A stretch of 39,733 bases of DNA, taken from positions 1 through 39,733 of the IMG/VR virus record IMGVR_UViG_3300031084_000003; one strand, given 5' to 3'. The DNA comes from a virus. Made by a program: the position numbers and the translations under genes. Position 1 is the first letter of the stretch; each line of letters starts with the position of its first letter. Below, in pieces: positions 24,034-31,026 of the stretch. Below the pieces are notes generated by a model. That model worked only from the letters and a program-made list of their open reading frames with translations. It searched no databases and was not told where the DNA came from.

Positions 24034-24045
24034 GGCGCGACGTCC

Positions 24046-24072
24046 TTTAATTCGTTAATTCGTCAATTCGTT
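24046..24072 (-). repeat. ACGAA box array D (3 boxes) between the parA stop and parG start
   Basis: TTCGT at 24051, 24059 and 24067 on the plus strand (ACGAA on the minus strand), 8-bp phasing. Confidence 0.85.
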
Positions 24073-24718
24073 ACTTGGATTGTAGCGCAGTAGCGCGAGC
24101 GATGATTGCGCTAATTAGTTGTTCGGCCTGGCCGCGCAACCCTTTGTGTGAAACTTCGATAACGGATAAGCCTACGTCCATGGCGCGGCTGTAGCTGACC
24201 TTTTGCGGGAGGTAGCCGGCTAATACGTGATAAGGCTTTGCGCCGAGGTAAGCTTGAGCTTCTTCAAGTTCGGCTTGGCTGTCGCCTACGTGATTCAGGG
24301 CGAAGGCGATTCGCGCGGTCGGGATGCTGTGTTTGTAATGGAGAGCGTCGGCCAGCTCTACGGCCGGCTCTAGATCGTCCAAAGCCAGGCCGGTAGGTAT
24401 CACCAGCAGGTCGCAAGCTTCGGCCATGGCGGCCGTGTCCTTGCTGGCGCGTGGGGCGCCGTCGAAGATCATTGCGTCGTAGTCGTCAGCGCGTGCCAGC
24501 GCGTGCCCCATGGAGCCAAACTGCTCTACTGATACCTGCGGTGTGTGTCCGCGCTGCAAGCGACGCACGCCCCAGCGTGTACTGGTCGACTGGTTTAGGT
24601 CAAAGTCGGCGATCTTAACGGCCCAGCCATTTTGCGCGAGTCCGACAGCCGTGCCGCGTGCGTTGGTGGATTTGCCAGGTCCACCCTTCTGTGTTGCGAA
24701 GCCAATGAATAGTGCCAC
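24071..24718 (-). CDS. parA: Partition ATPase, small ParA/ParF-type (deviant Walker A)
   Basis: 215 aa. N-terminal FATQKGGPGKST is the KGGxGKS/T deviant Walker A. GTG start with a GAGGG SD. Confidence 0.85.
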   Translation of the reverse strand: MALFIGFATQKGGPGKSTNARGTAVGLAQNGWAVKIADFDLNQSTSTRWGVRRLQRGHTPQVSVEQFGSMGHALARADDYDAMIFDGAPRASKDTAAMAEACDLLVIPTGLALDDLEPAVELADALHYKHSIPTARIAFALNHVGDSQAELEEAQAYLGAKPYHVLAGYLPQKVSYSRAMDVGLSVIEVSHKGLRGQAEQLISAIIARATALQSK

Positions 24719-24732
24719 GGTCGAAGCCCTCT

Positions 24733-24775
24733 AATTCGTCAATTCGTCAATTCGTCAATTCGTTAATTCGTTAAC
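24733..24775 (-). repeat. ACGAA box array E (5 boxes), between the par promoter and the parA start
   Basis: TTCGT at 24735, 24743, 24751, 24759 and 24767 on the plus strand. Confidence 0.9.
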
Positions 24776-24783
24776 GCTGGGCC

Positions 24784-24813
24784 AGTATAGGCGTTCCAGT
24801 GTTACAGGATCAA
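24784..24813 (-). promoter_or_regulatory. Candidate sigma70 promoter of parA-parG (TTGATC-N18-TATACT on the minus strand)
   Basis: The reverse complement of GATCAA (24808..24813) and AGTATA (24784..24789). Flanked on both sides by ACGAA arrays in opposite orientation. Confidence 0.55.
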
Positions 24814-24814
24814 G

Positions 24815-24842
24815 AAATAACGAATTAACGAAATAACGAAGT
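24815..24842 (+). repeat. ACGAA box array F (3 boxes, inverted relative to array E)
   Basis: ACGAA at 24820, 24828 and 24836. Confidence 0.85.
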
Positions 24843-24844
24843 AT

Positions 24845-25261
24845 TCAGACGTAGAGAGTTTGGCGGGATGGGGGGCCGCCGGCGCTGGCGGGGGAGGTGC
24901 GGAAGCTGCGGGAGTGTTCCGTTAGGGTTCTGCTGCGCCGCTGTGAGCGCGTGCGGTTCATGTCTGTGTCAACTTCCAGCACAGCAATAACACAGAGCAT
25001 TAAGCAAAGTGCTTGTGGTACCAGAACCCCCAGCGTGAAGCCGCGCGTGATCATATGCGCTTTATTCTTGGCGCCCAGCTTGCTCAGAATATTGCGCTCG
25101 ACCATCCGCATGCCGATATCGTCAAGCTGCAATTCTTGGGCGATGATGGGGGTTGCGAACCCTTCAGCGGTTTTGACTAGAACGAACAGTTCTTTATCCG
25201 TCAGGTTCTGGCCAGGGTAGCCAATCACTTCGTCGCCGTGGACCTGGACGCACGCATTCAT
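24845..25261 (-). CDS. LuxR/GerE-type HTH protein with a C-terminal transmembrane segment
   Basis: From the ATG at 25261. LTDKELFVLVKTAEGFATPIIAQELQLDDIGMRMVERNILSKLGAKNKAHMI is a LuxR_C-like HTH. It is followed by the hydrophobic VLVPQALCLMLCVIAVLEV and a basic tail. Confidence 0.65.
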   Translation of the reverse strand: MNACVQVHGDEVIGYPGQNLTDKELFVLVKTAEGFATPIIAQELQLDDIGMRMVERNILSKLGAKNKAHMITRGFTLGVLVPQALCLMLCVIAVLEVDTDMNRTRSQRRSRTLTEHSRSFRTSPASAGGPPSRQTLYV

Positions 25262-25295
25262 GGAGGGACGCTTCCTTGCGAGAGGGGAGTGGGTC

Positions 25296-25547
25296 TTAGT
25301 GACTGGAGAGGTCGAGACGAAGCGCATCTACTTGGCGTTTGAGCAGACCCAGTAAGTCGGCCATTGCTTCCATGCTCTCCATGGTGACGTGTCCCTGGTC
25401 GATGGCGTAAACAGCCATGGTGTGCATGCTGCCTGCTAGCGATGACACTTCTTTCAAGGCTATGACGCGCTGTTGTTGAATGGCGAGTGCACCTTTTTGG
25501 GCGACCACAAGTTGACTGTTTGGTGGGGTATCTACGCTGCCTTGCAT
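25296..25547 (-). CDS. Hypothetical protein (83 aa), first gene of the leftward operon
   Basis: ORF downstream of the operator-like site at 25585. No motif recognised. Confidence 0.5.
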   Translation of the reverse strand: MQGSVDTPPNSQLVVAQKGALAIQQQRVIALKEVSSLAGSMHTMAVYAIDQGHVTMESMEAMADLLGLLKRQVDALRLDLSSH

Positions 25548-25584
25548 GGGGGTTAACCTGTCATTCCTGATTTGCGTGGCATGT

Positions 25585-25599
25585 TACACGTAAAGTGTA
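25585..25599. promoter_or_regulatory. Operator-like site TACAC-GTAAA-GTGTA (OL candidate)
   Basis: Same TACAC-N5-GTGTA dyad as in the cI-cro region. It lies between the cI terminator and the leftward operon. Confidence 0.55.
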
Positions 25600-25608
25600 A
25601 ATTCCAGC

Positions 25609-25634
25609 AATAAAAAAGCCCTTATACAAGGGCT
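25609..25634 (-). terminator. Terminator downstream of cI (hairpin AGCCCTT-atac-AAGGGCT, with T-runs on both strands)
   Basis: Read directly. Confidence 0.7.
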
Positions 25635-25641
25635 GTTTTTA

Positions 25642-26307
25642 CTATCTGTCGTGGGATATTCGGACCACGCGACCCACAATATCCAGTTCCGCCAGAGCTT
25701 CAGGTGTCAAAGTGCTATCAGGGTATTGCTGTGAGTCCCCTGCTTTGAGAGTGAAGGTGCTATTTAATTCCGGGCAAATCCAGCGAACCCAAACAGTGCC
25801 GGCTACCACAATGCCAAAAAGGTCGGCGCCGCGAACAGTGGTTTGCGCGCCATCTAATAGCAGTTCGTCGCCTTCAGCGATAAGTGGAGCCATGCTTGTG
25901 TCGATCTGCTTAATGCAAAGCAGCTTGTTTCGGTTCATGCCACGGCTTTCGATGTAATCAAGGCTGAAAGCGGTGTTATCCGTGACTTGCGAGAGTGTCA
26001 GCAGGCCGTTTTTGGTCGAGATATTTGGCGGGTTGGCTGTCACATAATTGGACGTGACCGCACTCAAGCTGTCGTTGTCGGTGTAGCCCTGGATCCAGGC
26101 GGGGGTTTTGCCAAATAGCTTGGCAAGCAAGATAACTTGATCGGTTGGCGGCATCCGCAACCCAAGCTCCCAGTTGGAATACCGGGAGTAAGTCATATTC
26201 GTACCCGACAAGTCGCTGAGTCGTTTGGCCGTTTCCTCAAGGGTCCAGCCGGTGGCCTGGCGACAATCTTTAAGCCGCTGAGCCACTACTTGTACTAATT
26301 CAGACAT
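25642..26307 (-). CDS. cI: CI-type repressor: N-terminal XRE HTH plus C-terminal S24 (LexA-like) autopeptidase domain
   Basis: ATG at 26307 with a GAGAG SD (the ORF opens at TTG 26313). HTH WTLEETAKRLSDLSG. C-terminal DTSMAPLI (Ser) and TLKAGD (Lys), as in S24 peptidases. Divergent from the cro-like gene. Confidence 0.85.
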   Translation of the reverse strand: MSELVQVVAQRLKDCRQATGWTLEETAKRLSDLSGTNMTYSRYSNWELGLRMPPTDQVILLAKLFGKTPAWIQGYTDNDSLSAVTSNYVTANPPNISTKNGLLTLSQVTDNTAFSLDYIESRGMNRNKLLCIKQIDTSMAPLIAEGDELLLDGAQTTVRGADLFGIVVAGTVWVRWICPELNSTFTLKAGDSQQYPDSTLTPEALAELDIVGRVVRISHDR

Positions 26308-26383
26308 GCGCAATCTCTCATAGGGCGCCGTGAGGTTTCACGCCTTGGCAATTGTTTAATACTAGCGTCTATCTGGTGAAATA

Positions 26384-26398
26384 TACACTTTAAGTGTA
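26384..26398. promoter_or_regulatory. Operator-like site TACAC-TTTAA-GTGTA (OR region)
   Basis: Read directly, in the cI/cro intergenic region. Confidence 0.6.
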
Positions 26399-26416
26399 GA
26401 AGGCGGCAAAAAAAGC

Positions 26417-26446
26417 TTGAGAAATGGGATGGAGTCGAAATAGACT
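26417..26446 (+). promoter_or_regulatory. Candidate PR promoter (TTGAGA-N18-TAGACT)
   Basis: Hexamers read directly. The operator at 26447..26461 abuts the -10. Confidence 0.4.
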
Positions 26447-26461
26447 TACACCAATCGTGTA
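26447..26461. promoter_or_regulatory. Operator-like site TACAC-CAATC-GTGTA (OR region), nested in a longer inverted repeat AATAGAC..ACACCAAT / ATTGGTGTCTATT
   Basis: Read directly. Confidence 0.6.
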
Positions 26462-26476
26462 AATTGGTGTCTATTC

Positions 26477-26740
26477 GTGGAACTAAACAAGTGGATTGAA
26501 ATCGTCGGCGCTGTAGAGCCAGGAGGCAAGTTAGGCCAGGCTGGCCTGGGCGCTGTCGCCAGTCTACTCGGCGAAAAGGCACGTACTGTGTCCTCTTGGT
26601 ATCGCCAAGAGCGCATACCGTCATTCACTGCCGGTGCCAATATCGTCCTCAAGTCCAAGGGGCTGGTGGACTGGAACGGAATCTATACCCCTTTCGCAAT
26701 CAAGCTGTTCCGGCCTGGTGCTAATCATGCCGGCGATTAA
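26477..26740 (+). CDS. cro: Cro-like HTH regulator
   Basis: 87 aa, divergent from cI. AVASLLGEKARTVSSWYRQERIP is a Cro/YdaS-like HTH. GTG start without an obvious SD sequence. Confidence 0.6.
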   Translation: MELNKWIEIVGAVEPGGKLGQAGLGAVASLLGEKARTVSSWYRQERIPSFTAGANIVLKSKGLVDWNGIYTPFAIKLFRPGANHAGD

Positions 26741-27293
26741 CCTGCCTATCGGCTTCTCCCAACAACCCGTTGTTCTGAAGGTAGAACAGCGGTTTGGCCT
26801 GGCTGGCTTCGCTCGCCTGGTTAAATTGTTGGAGTTGTTCGCGGCAAGCCCGTTGCGCGATATGGGCGTGATCGAATTGCCCATAAGCGACTGGGGGGAT
26901 GCTCTGCAATCTGGCCCGCTCAACGCCTCCGTGTTGTTGGACTACCTGAGCAATGACGGCTGGCTATCCCAAGAGCGCGGCGCCGAATCTGGATCAGCGT
27001 TACGCGTAACGCTGACGCACTTTGCTGACTTCTTGCCCGTACTTGAAATGCCGAAAACACCAGAGCAGTGGATTGGCTGGTTTCGGTCTGAGCTGAACAT
27101 GCCCGACCAGCACGGAACAGACCCTGACAATCAGGCTTTGTTCCGCCGTTGGTGTGCCACCAACGTGACGATTGAAGAAATGAATGCCGCCATAGAGCTG
27201 GCAGTTAAGGCGGGTAGGGGCTTCGCCCCGGCGTGCCTGCATTCCCTTTTGATGACTGTGCGAAAAGAAAAACTAGAAATGGCCCGCCGTTGA
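26727..27293 (+). CDS. Hypothetical early protein (188 aa), possible DNA-binding/replication-associated
   Basis: ATG at 26727 inside ORF 26634..27293. Second gene of the rightward early operon. It contains a perfect palindrome copy at 26998. Confidence 0.5.
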   Translation: MPAINLPIGFSQQPVVLKVEQRFGLAGFARLVKLLELFAASPLRDMGVIELPISDWGDALQSGPLNASVLLDYLSNDGWLSQERGAESGSALRVTLTHFADFLPVLEMPKTPEQWIGWFRSELNMPDQHGTDPDNQALFRRWCATNVTIEEMNAAIELAVKAGRGFAPACLHSLLMTVRKEKLEMARR

Positions 27294-27772
27294 TGGCGAG
27301 TCAAAAGGGGAATTCCTTGTTACTAATTGCACTATCTGGCGGCACTCCGAGCGAGCGTGTCGAAATTGCGGATCGCCTTGTGGGTTCGGGTAAGGGGCAG
27401 TTCGCGGCCTATGTCCAGGCCACGCCTAGCGCGGACTATGGCTTGCGCCGTCTTGAGGTGTTGCGCGCCTACCTGGGCAATGCAGATGAGCCGTCTGGAT
27501 CGTCTTCGCCCGTTGAAGGTTTGGTGATTGCCCACTGCCTGACTGAGCAAGAGGCGCAAGAAGTCCGCGCCCGTGGCGGCGCGATTTGGCACCTCTATAG
27601 CCGTCCTTCGGGATCGGTCAGTATTCGCCAGGGGGACGTGATGGTTACAGATGGCCAGGCCGGTTTCCGGCACGTTCGCGAGCCCCTTGAAGCCCTCTCC
27701 GAGCTGATCCTATCGCGACTGGCTAATAACCCCTCGGTCCGTGCGGCCCTGAAGGGGCTGGCCAGTGATTAG
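27293..27772 (+). CDS. Hypothetical protein (159 aa)
   Basis: ATG at 27293 overlaps the previous stop (TGATG). No motif recognised. Confidence 0.5.
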   Translation: MASQKGNSLLLIALSGGTPSERVEIADRLVGSGKGQFAAYVQATPSADYGLRRLEVLRAYLGNADEPSGSSSPVEGLVIAHCLTEQEAQEVRARGGAIWHLYSRPSGSVSIRQGDVMVTDGQAGFRHVREPLEALSELILSRLANNPSVRAALKGLASD

Positions 27773-27980
27773 GCACGTCAGCCAGGCCTTGCCGGGGTAT
27801 GCCTACGGCGATCCGGCCAAGATCGTCGAAGCCCAGGAATTGCGCACGCTCGGTTGCGCGGCGTGCGTTCGATCCGACAGCGTTTTTGGCGTGCGGATCT
27901 GCACCAGTGGGCTCAAGTTGCCGGCGTGCAAGCAGGGTCACCGTAACGGCTACAAGTTGGCCTCTGAATACGGGGGCTAA
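27765..27980 (+). CDS. Small Cys-containing protein (71 aa)
   Basis: GTG start preceded by AAGGGG. CAAC ... C ... C. Confidence 0.45.
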   Translation: MIRHVSQALPGYAYGDPAKIVEAQELRTLGCAACVRSDSVFGVRICTSGLKLPACKQGHRNGYKLASEYGG

Positions 27981-27990
27981 AGGGGGGGGG

Positions 27991-28401
27991 ATGGCAAAGC
28001 GCGATATAGCCGGCGCCCTGGAGTTATGGGCGCGCTGGTCAGTGCCAGACGCCCAGCGGGGGGGCGGTAAAACGATGCTGGCCAAGTTGATCGACAACAA
28101 AGGCGAATTGATCTTTGGAGGCAGTAGCGGGGGCTCTGGCGGGCCATCTGACAGCCTGGAAGTGATTGTAGAGGCGGCGGTGATGAAAATGTTTGCTGAC
28201 GATCCTATGCGCGCTGACGTGTTGCGCTTGGAATGCAATGCCGCCTGGTGGTTGGTAGCCAGCCGTCGCGGCATTGCCGACTACGATCCGCGCGGCCTGG
28301 GGCATTTTGAAAAGGCGTTGGCCCTGGGTATAAGCCTGCGCACCTATCGCCGCCGGCTGGCTGAGGCCAAAAAAATTATTGAAACGGCACTGGGGAAATG
28401 A
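27991..28401 (+). CDS. Q: Late-gene antiterminator, Q-like
   Basis: 136 aa from the ATG at 27991. LELWARWS, then EAAVMKM...DVLRLE, and a C-terminal HTH-like LALGISLRTYRRRLAEAKKIIETAL follow the phage antitermination-Q layout (82/21-type). Confidence 0.6.
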   Translation: MAKRDIAGALELWARWSVPDAQRGGGKTMLAKLIDNKGELIFGGSSGGSGGPSDSLEVIVEAAVMKMFADDPMRADVLRLECNAAWWLVASRRGIADYDPRGLGHFEKALALGISLRTYRRRLAEAKKIIETALGK

Positions 28402-28682
28402 TGGACATGCATCCGCTTTTTGCTGGGTTCCAAGGGGCTGATCCGTATGCAGTGGGTGCCGCCTTGGGTTTTTTGATCCACGTCGAGGTTGTGCGCGGGC
28501 CGCTTCCTGCTGCGCTTCAGGTGGGTGAGCGGGAAAGGATTGGTGATCGCGTGAGCCTGGACGGCTTTGAGTTTGCCGGCGGTTGGAGCGCGCCTGGTGC
28601 GCATTGCCTAATGTTCGCCAAGCCGCTAACCGACCACGCGACGCGCTGGTGGCATGCCAGCTTGCCAGGGGTCGCGACATGA
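28398..28682 (+). CDS. Hypothetical protein (94 aa)
   Basis: ATGA overlap with Q. Confidence 0.45.
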   Translation: MMDMHPLFAGFQGADPYAVGAALGFLIHVEVVRGPLPAALQVGERERIGDRVSLDGFEFAGGWSAPGAHCLMFAKPLTDHATRWWHASLPGVAT

Positions 28683-28915
28683 GCCGCTTTATTGCTGTTT
28701 TTCATCATTGGCACGTAAACAGCCGGGGTTTTGATGTCCTGGAGCTGACTGGCAGTGACAAGGATCAAGCGAATGCCCAAGCGGCGGTTGAGCTGCGTTC
28801 TCGCGATGGTTTCTACAGAGCTGATTATGTTCTGGTTGAGATTGGCAGCGCCGAGTCTCTGCCTCGGCGTTTGACCTGGCGCGAACGTATTACCGGCAAG
28901 CTGTCGCTGAAATAG
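28679..28915 (+). CDS. Hypothetical protein (78 aa)
   Basis: ATG at 28679 overlaps the previous stop (ATGA). Confidence 0.5.
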   Translation: MSRFIAVFHHWHVNSRGFDVLELTGSDKDQANAQAAVELRSRDGFYRADYVLVEIGSAESLPRRLTWRERITGKLSLK

Positions 28916-29060
28916 AGCTGTTCGCGCAAGGCGTCAGTTGATTGGTACCTGATTCATCCATATCCGATTTGTTAGGCATTGCAGCGCTGCGGCTTTGCTT
29001 CGCCTGAAGAAAGACAACGCCGCCCGCAGGCTTGGCCGTGGGCGCCAGTGAGGCCCGTAC

Positions 29061-30329
29061 ATGGCGCAAACCCTTAAAGTCCAAATATCTGACGCTGCTA
29101 TTAGGCGGTATGCGGAGGATCTGACCATTGGTGAGCTGAAAGACCCACGGCACCCGTTGCGCTTTCGTTACCGTAACGACAGAAGCAAAGGTAGTTGGCA
29201 CCTGATCCGTTTTGACAAGGGGGGCAAGTGGAGAAAGGCCGCCAACTGGCCCGAGGTTCCGGCACGGCTGATGATCGACAGTGTGCCCGTGGTGATGGCT
29301 CGCCTGATGACTGACCCCGAAGCGGTGGCCACCGTGGATGGCTGGGAGTCAGTTGGCCAAGTATTGCGCTGGTACGTCGACCGGCTGAAGGTCGATAGAG
29401 GGCTATCCAAGGATCGGCGCTCGTCCTCGATGTCGGTGATCAATCGCCAGTTGTTGCCCGCCCTGGACACGCTACCGCTATGCAAGATCAACCGTGACAC
29501 CCTCGACCGGCATTTGGTCTGGCACATGCAGGAAGAGTACAGCCTGGGCTACGTTAAATCGGCCCTGGACGTACTGAAGGTGATTTTTGGGCGAGCCTTG
29601 ATCCTCAAGAAAATCACCGTAAACCCGCTGGCTGGTGTGACCTTCGGCAACTTTACCAAGGTCAAGATCCGGCCCAAGGGTGCACGCCTTCGTCATGTCG
29701 CCGTTGTGGATCTGCTGGCTGATTGGGCGGAGGCCTTCCAGGCTGATCCTGCTGGCATTGCCTTAATGGTGCTGATGCTGACCCATGGCACGCGGATCAC
29801 TGAAACCCGCCTGGCCAAGTGGAAGAACGTCCACCTACAGGAAGGGGAGTGGTTTATTCCTGGGGCTGATACCAAGTCGAAACGCGACCACCTGTTGCCG
29901 CTGACGCCTGCCGCTGCGGCCTTCCTTGACCGGTACCGAGAAAACCAAAAGGCGCGGGGGTATGACGGGGCCTATCTGTTCCCGTCTGCTACTCACCCCG
30001 GCCGGCCTATGTCGCGTAGCCAGGCGTTTGCCGTCTTCACTCGCTACGGCGCCGGCGAATGGACCAGTCATGACCTGCGCAAACTGGCGCGTACCTGCTG
30101 GGCCAAATTCCGCGTGGATAGCCTAGTGGTGAAGCTGCTGCTCAACCACTCCCTGACCGATTTGGAGGCGACCTACTTTCAAGACCGAGGCGAGGACATC
30201 AAGCGCGACGCCCTGGAGCGCTGGCACGAATGGCTCAACGCACAGGGTTTTGATGCGTTGCAGGACAAGACAGGAGCAAGACGCGCCGTTAAGCCCACTG
30301 CCGTAGACCCTGCGGGATGGCTGGCTTAG
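29061..30329 (+). CDS. int: Tyrosine integrase, P4-like (N-terminal arm-binding domain plus C-terminal catalytic domain)
   Basis: 422 aa. N-terminus LKDPRHPLRFRYRNDRSKGSWHLIR (DUF4102-like). C-terminus HGTRITE...HDLRKLARTCW...LLNHS....ATYF contains the R..H.xR..Y catalytic pattern. Confidence 0.9.
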   Translation: MAQTLKVQISDAAIRRYAEDLTIGELKDPRHPLRFRYRNDRSKGSWHLIRFDKGGKWRKAANWPEVPARLMIDSVPVVMARLMTDPEAVATVDGWESVGQVLRWYVDRLKVDRGLSKDRRSSSMSVINRQLLPALDTLPLCKINRDTLDRHLVWHMQEEYSLGYVKSALDVLKVIFGRALILKKITVNPLAGVTFGNFTKVKIRPKGARLRHVAVVDLLADWAEAFQADPAGIALMVLMLTHGTRITETRLAKWKNVHLQEGEWFIPGADTKSKRDHLLPLTPAAAAFLDRYRENQKARGYDGAYLFPSATHPGRPMSRSQAFAVFTRYGAGEWTSHDLRKLARTCWAKFRVDSLVVKLLLNHSLTDLEATYFQDRGEDIKRDALERWHEWLNAQGFDALQDKTGARRAVKPTAVDPAGWLA

Positions 30330-30369
30330 AGCCCCAAACCCAAATTAATCATATAAGAGGATTTTAAAT

Positions 30370-30804
30370 ATGACCGAGCGAGCGAAGTTTGGCGGCGACG
30401 GCATGAATCATGGCCGCGTTGAAATTCCTGTGTCTTGGCCTGTGACTGGTCACAGCGATGGCGAAAACGAACTGAGCCCCGAGGCGCAGCGCAAACGGGA
30501 GCAGCGAGAGCGCGAAAAAGAGGCCGGCGTTGAGGTGTTTGAGCTGAAAATGGGGCCTGCGGAGAGGCTGATGTTGGCTGAAGGCCGCGTGCGGCGGGGC
30601 TCTAAGGGTGTTCCGTATACCGCAACCGAGTACTTTTTGACGCTGCTGAGAAACGACAACCGGTTGTTGGAAAAGCAGCTCGAAAAGCTGGATGGCCGCA
30701 CCTGCAAAAACTGCCAGAAGCAATTGCCACGGGGCTGCGGCGGCACTTGGGCGCGTGAGTCGCGGTGCCTTTTGGCGCGATCAGAGGTCGCCCTGGAGCT
30801 GTGA
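30370..30804 (+). CDS. Hypothetical protein (144 aa) between int and the late promoter
   Basis: AAGAGGA SD in an AT-rich leader. Charged coiled segment and a C-terminal CKNC....C cluster. Confidence 0.55.
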   Translation: MTERAKFGGDGMNHGRVEIPVSWPVTGHSDGENELSPEAQRKREQREREKEAGVEVFELKMGPAERLMLAEGRVRRGSKGVPYTATEYFLTLLRNDNRLLEKQLEKLDGRTCKNCQKQLPRGCGGTWARESRCLLARSEVALEL

Positions 30805-30844
30805 GGCGCAGCCAAAAATCCAAGGGTTGACAGTGTGCGGGTTT

Positions 30845-30878
30845 TACACGATTAGTGTTAATTTACACGAATGGTGTT
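30845..30878. promoter_or_regulatory. Two tandem operator-like sites TACAC-N5-GTGTT (30845..30859 and 30864..30878) overlapping the late promoter -35
   Basis: Read directly, 19-bp centre-to-centre. They include the near-palindrome GTGTTAATTTACAC (30855..30868). Confidence 0.5.
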
Positions 30879-30905
30879 GACAGGCTTGGCAGCTTTCCCT
30901 ATCTT
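30877..30905 (+). promoter_or_regulatory. Candidate late promoter PR' (TTGACA-N17-TATCTT)
   Basis: Consensus -35 and a good -10 read directly. A second TTGACA lies at 30827..30832. Confidence 0.6.
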
Positions 30906-30962
30906 TCGCTGCATTGTGGTGTTGTTCCGGCCACGATGCTCATGGCGACACAGTTCATTCAG

Positions 30963-30993
30963 CCCCCGGCCCTCACAGGTCGGGGGTTTTTTT
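30963..30993 (+). terminator. tR'-like intrinsic terminator about 60-90 nt downstream of PR'
   Basis: CCCCCGGCC-N-GGTCGGGGG stem followed by T7, ending immediately before the holin region. Confidence 0.8.
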
Positions 30994-31026
30994 ATGCCTA
31001 TTCCCCGTCATTCGGGAGAAATCGAG

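Noticed and set aside
17611-24842. Whether the short-repeat arrays could be CRISPR arrays
   Set aside because: The repeat unit is only 8 bp with no unique spacers, the arrays hold 3-5 units, and there are no cas genes. The pattern fits protein-binding box arrays instead.
28890-29201. 103-aa minus-strand ORF upstream of and overlapping int, considered as an excisionase
   Set aside because: It overlaps the integrase N-terminal coding region by about 140 nt on the opposite strand. It has no SD sequence, and its composition is not Xis-like (no basic winged-helix pattern).
30871-31026. Long version of the holin ORF starting at 30871 or 30994
   Set aside because: The 30871 start lies inside the promoter -35, and the reading frame runs through the tR'-like terminator. 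The ATG at 30994 directly follows the T7 run with no SD. The ATG at 31027 has a GGGAGA SD and gives a canonical 108-aa holin.
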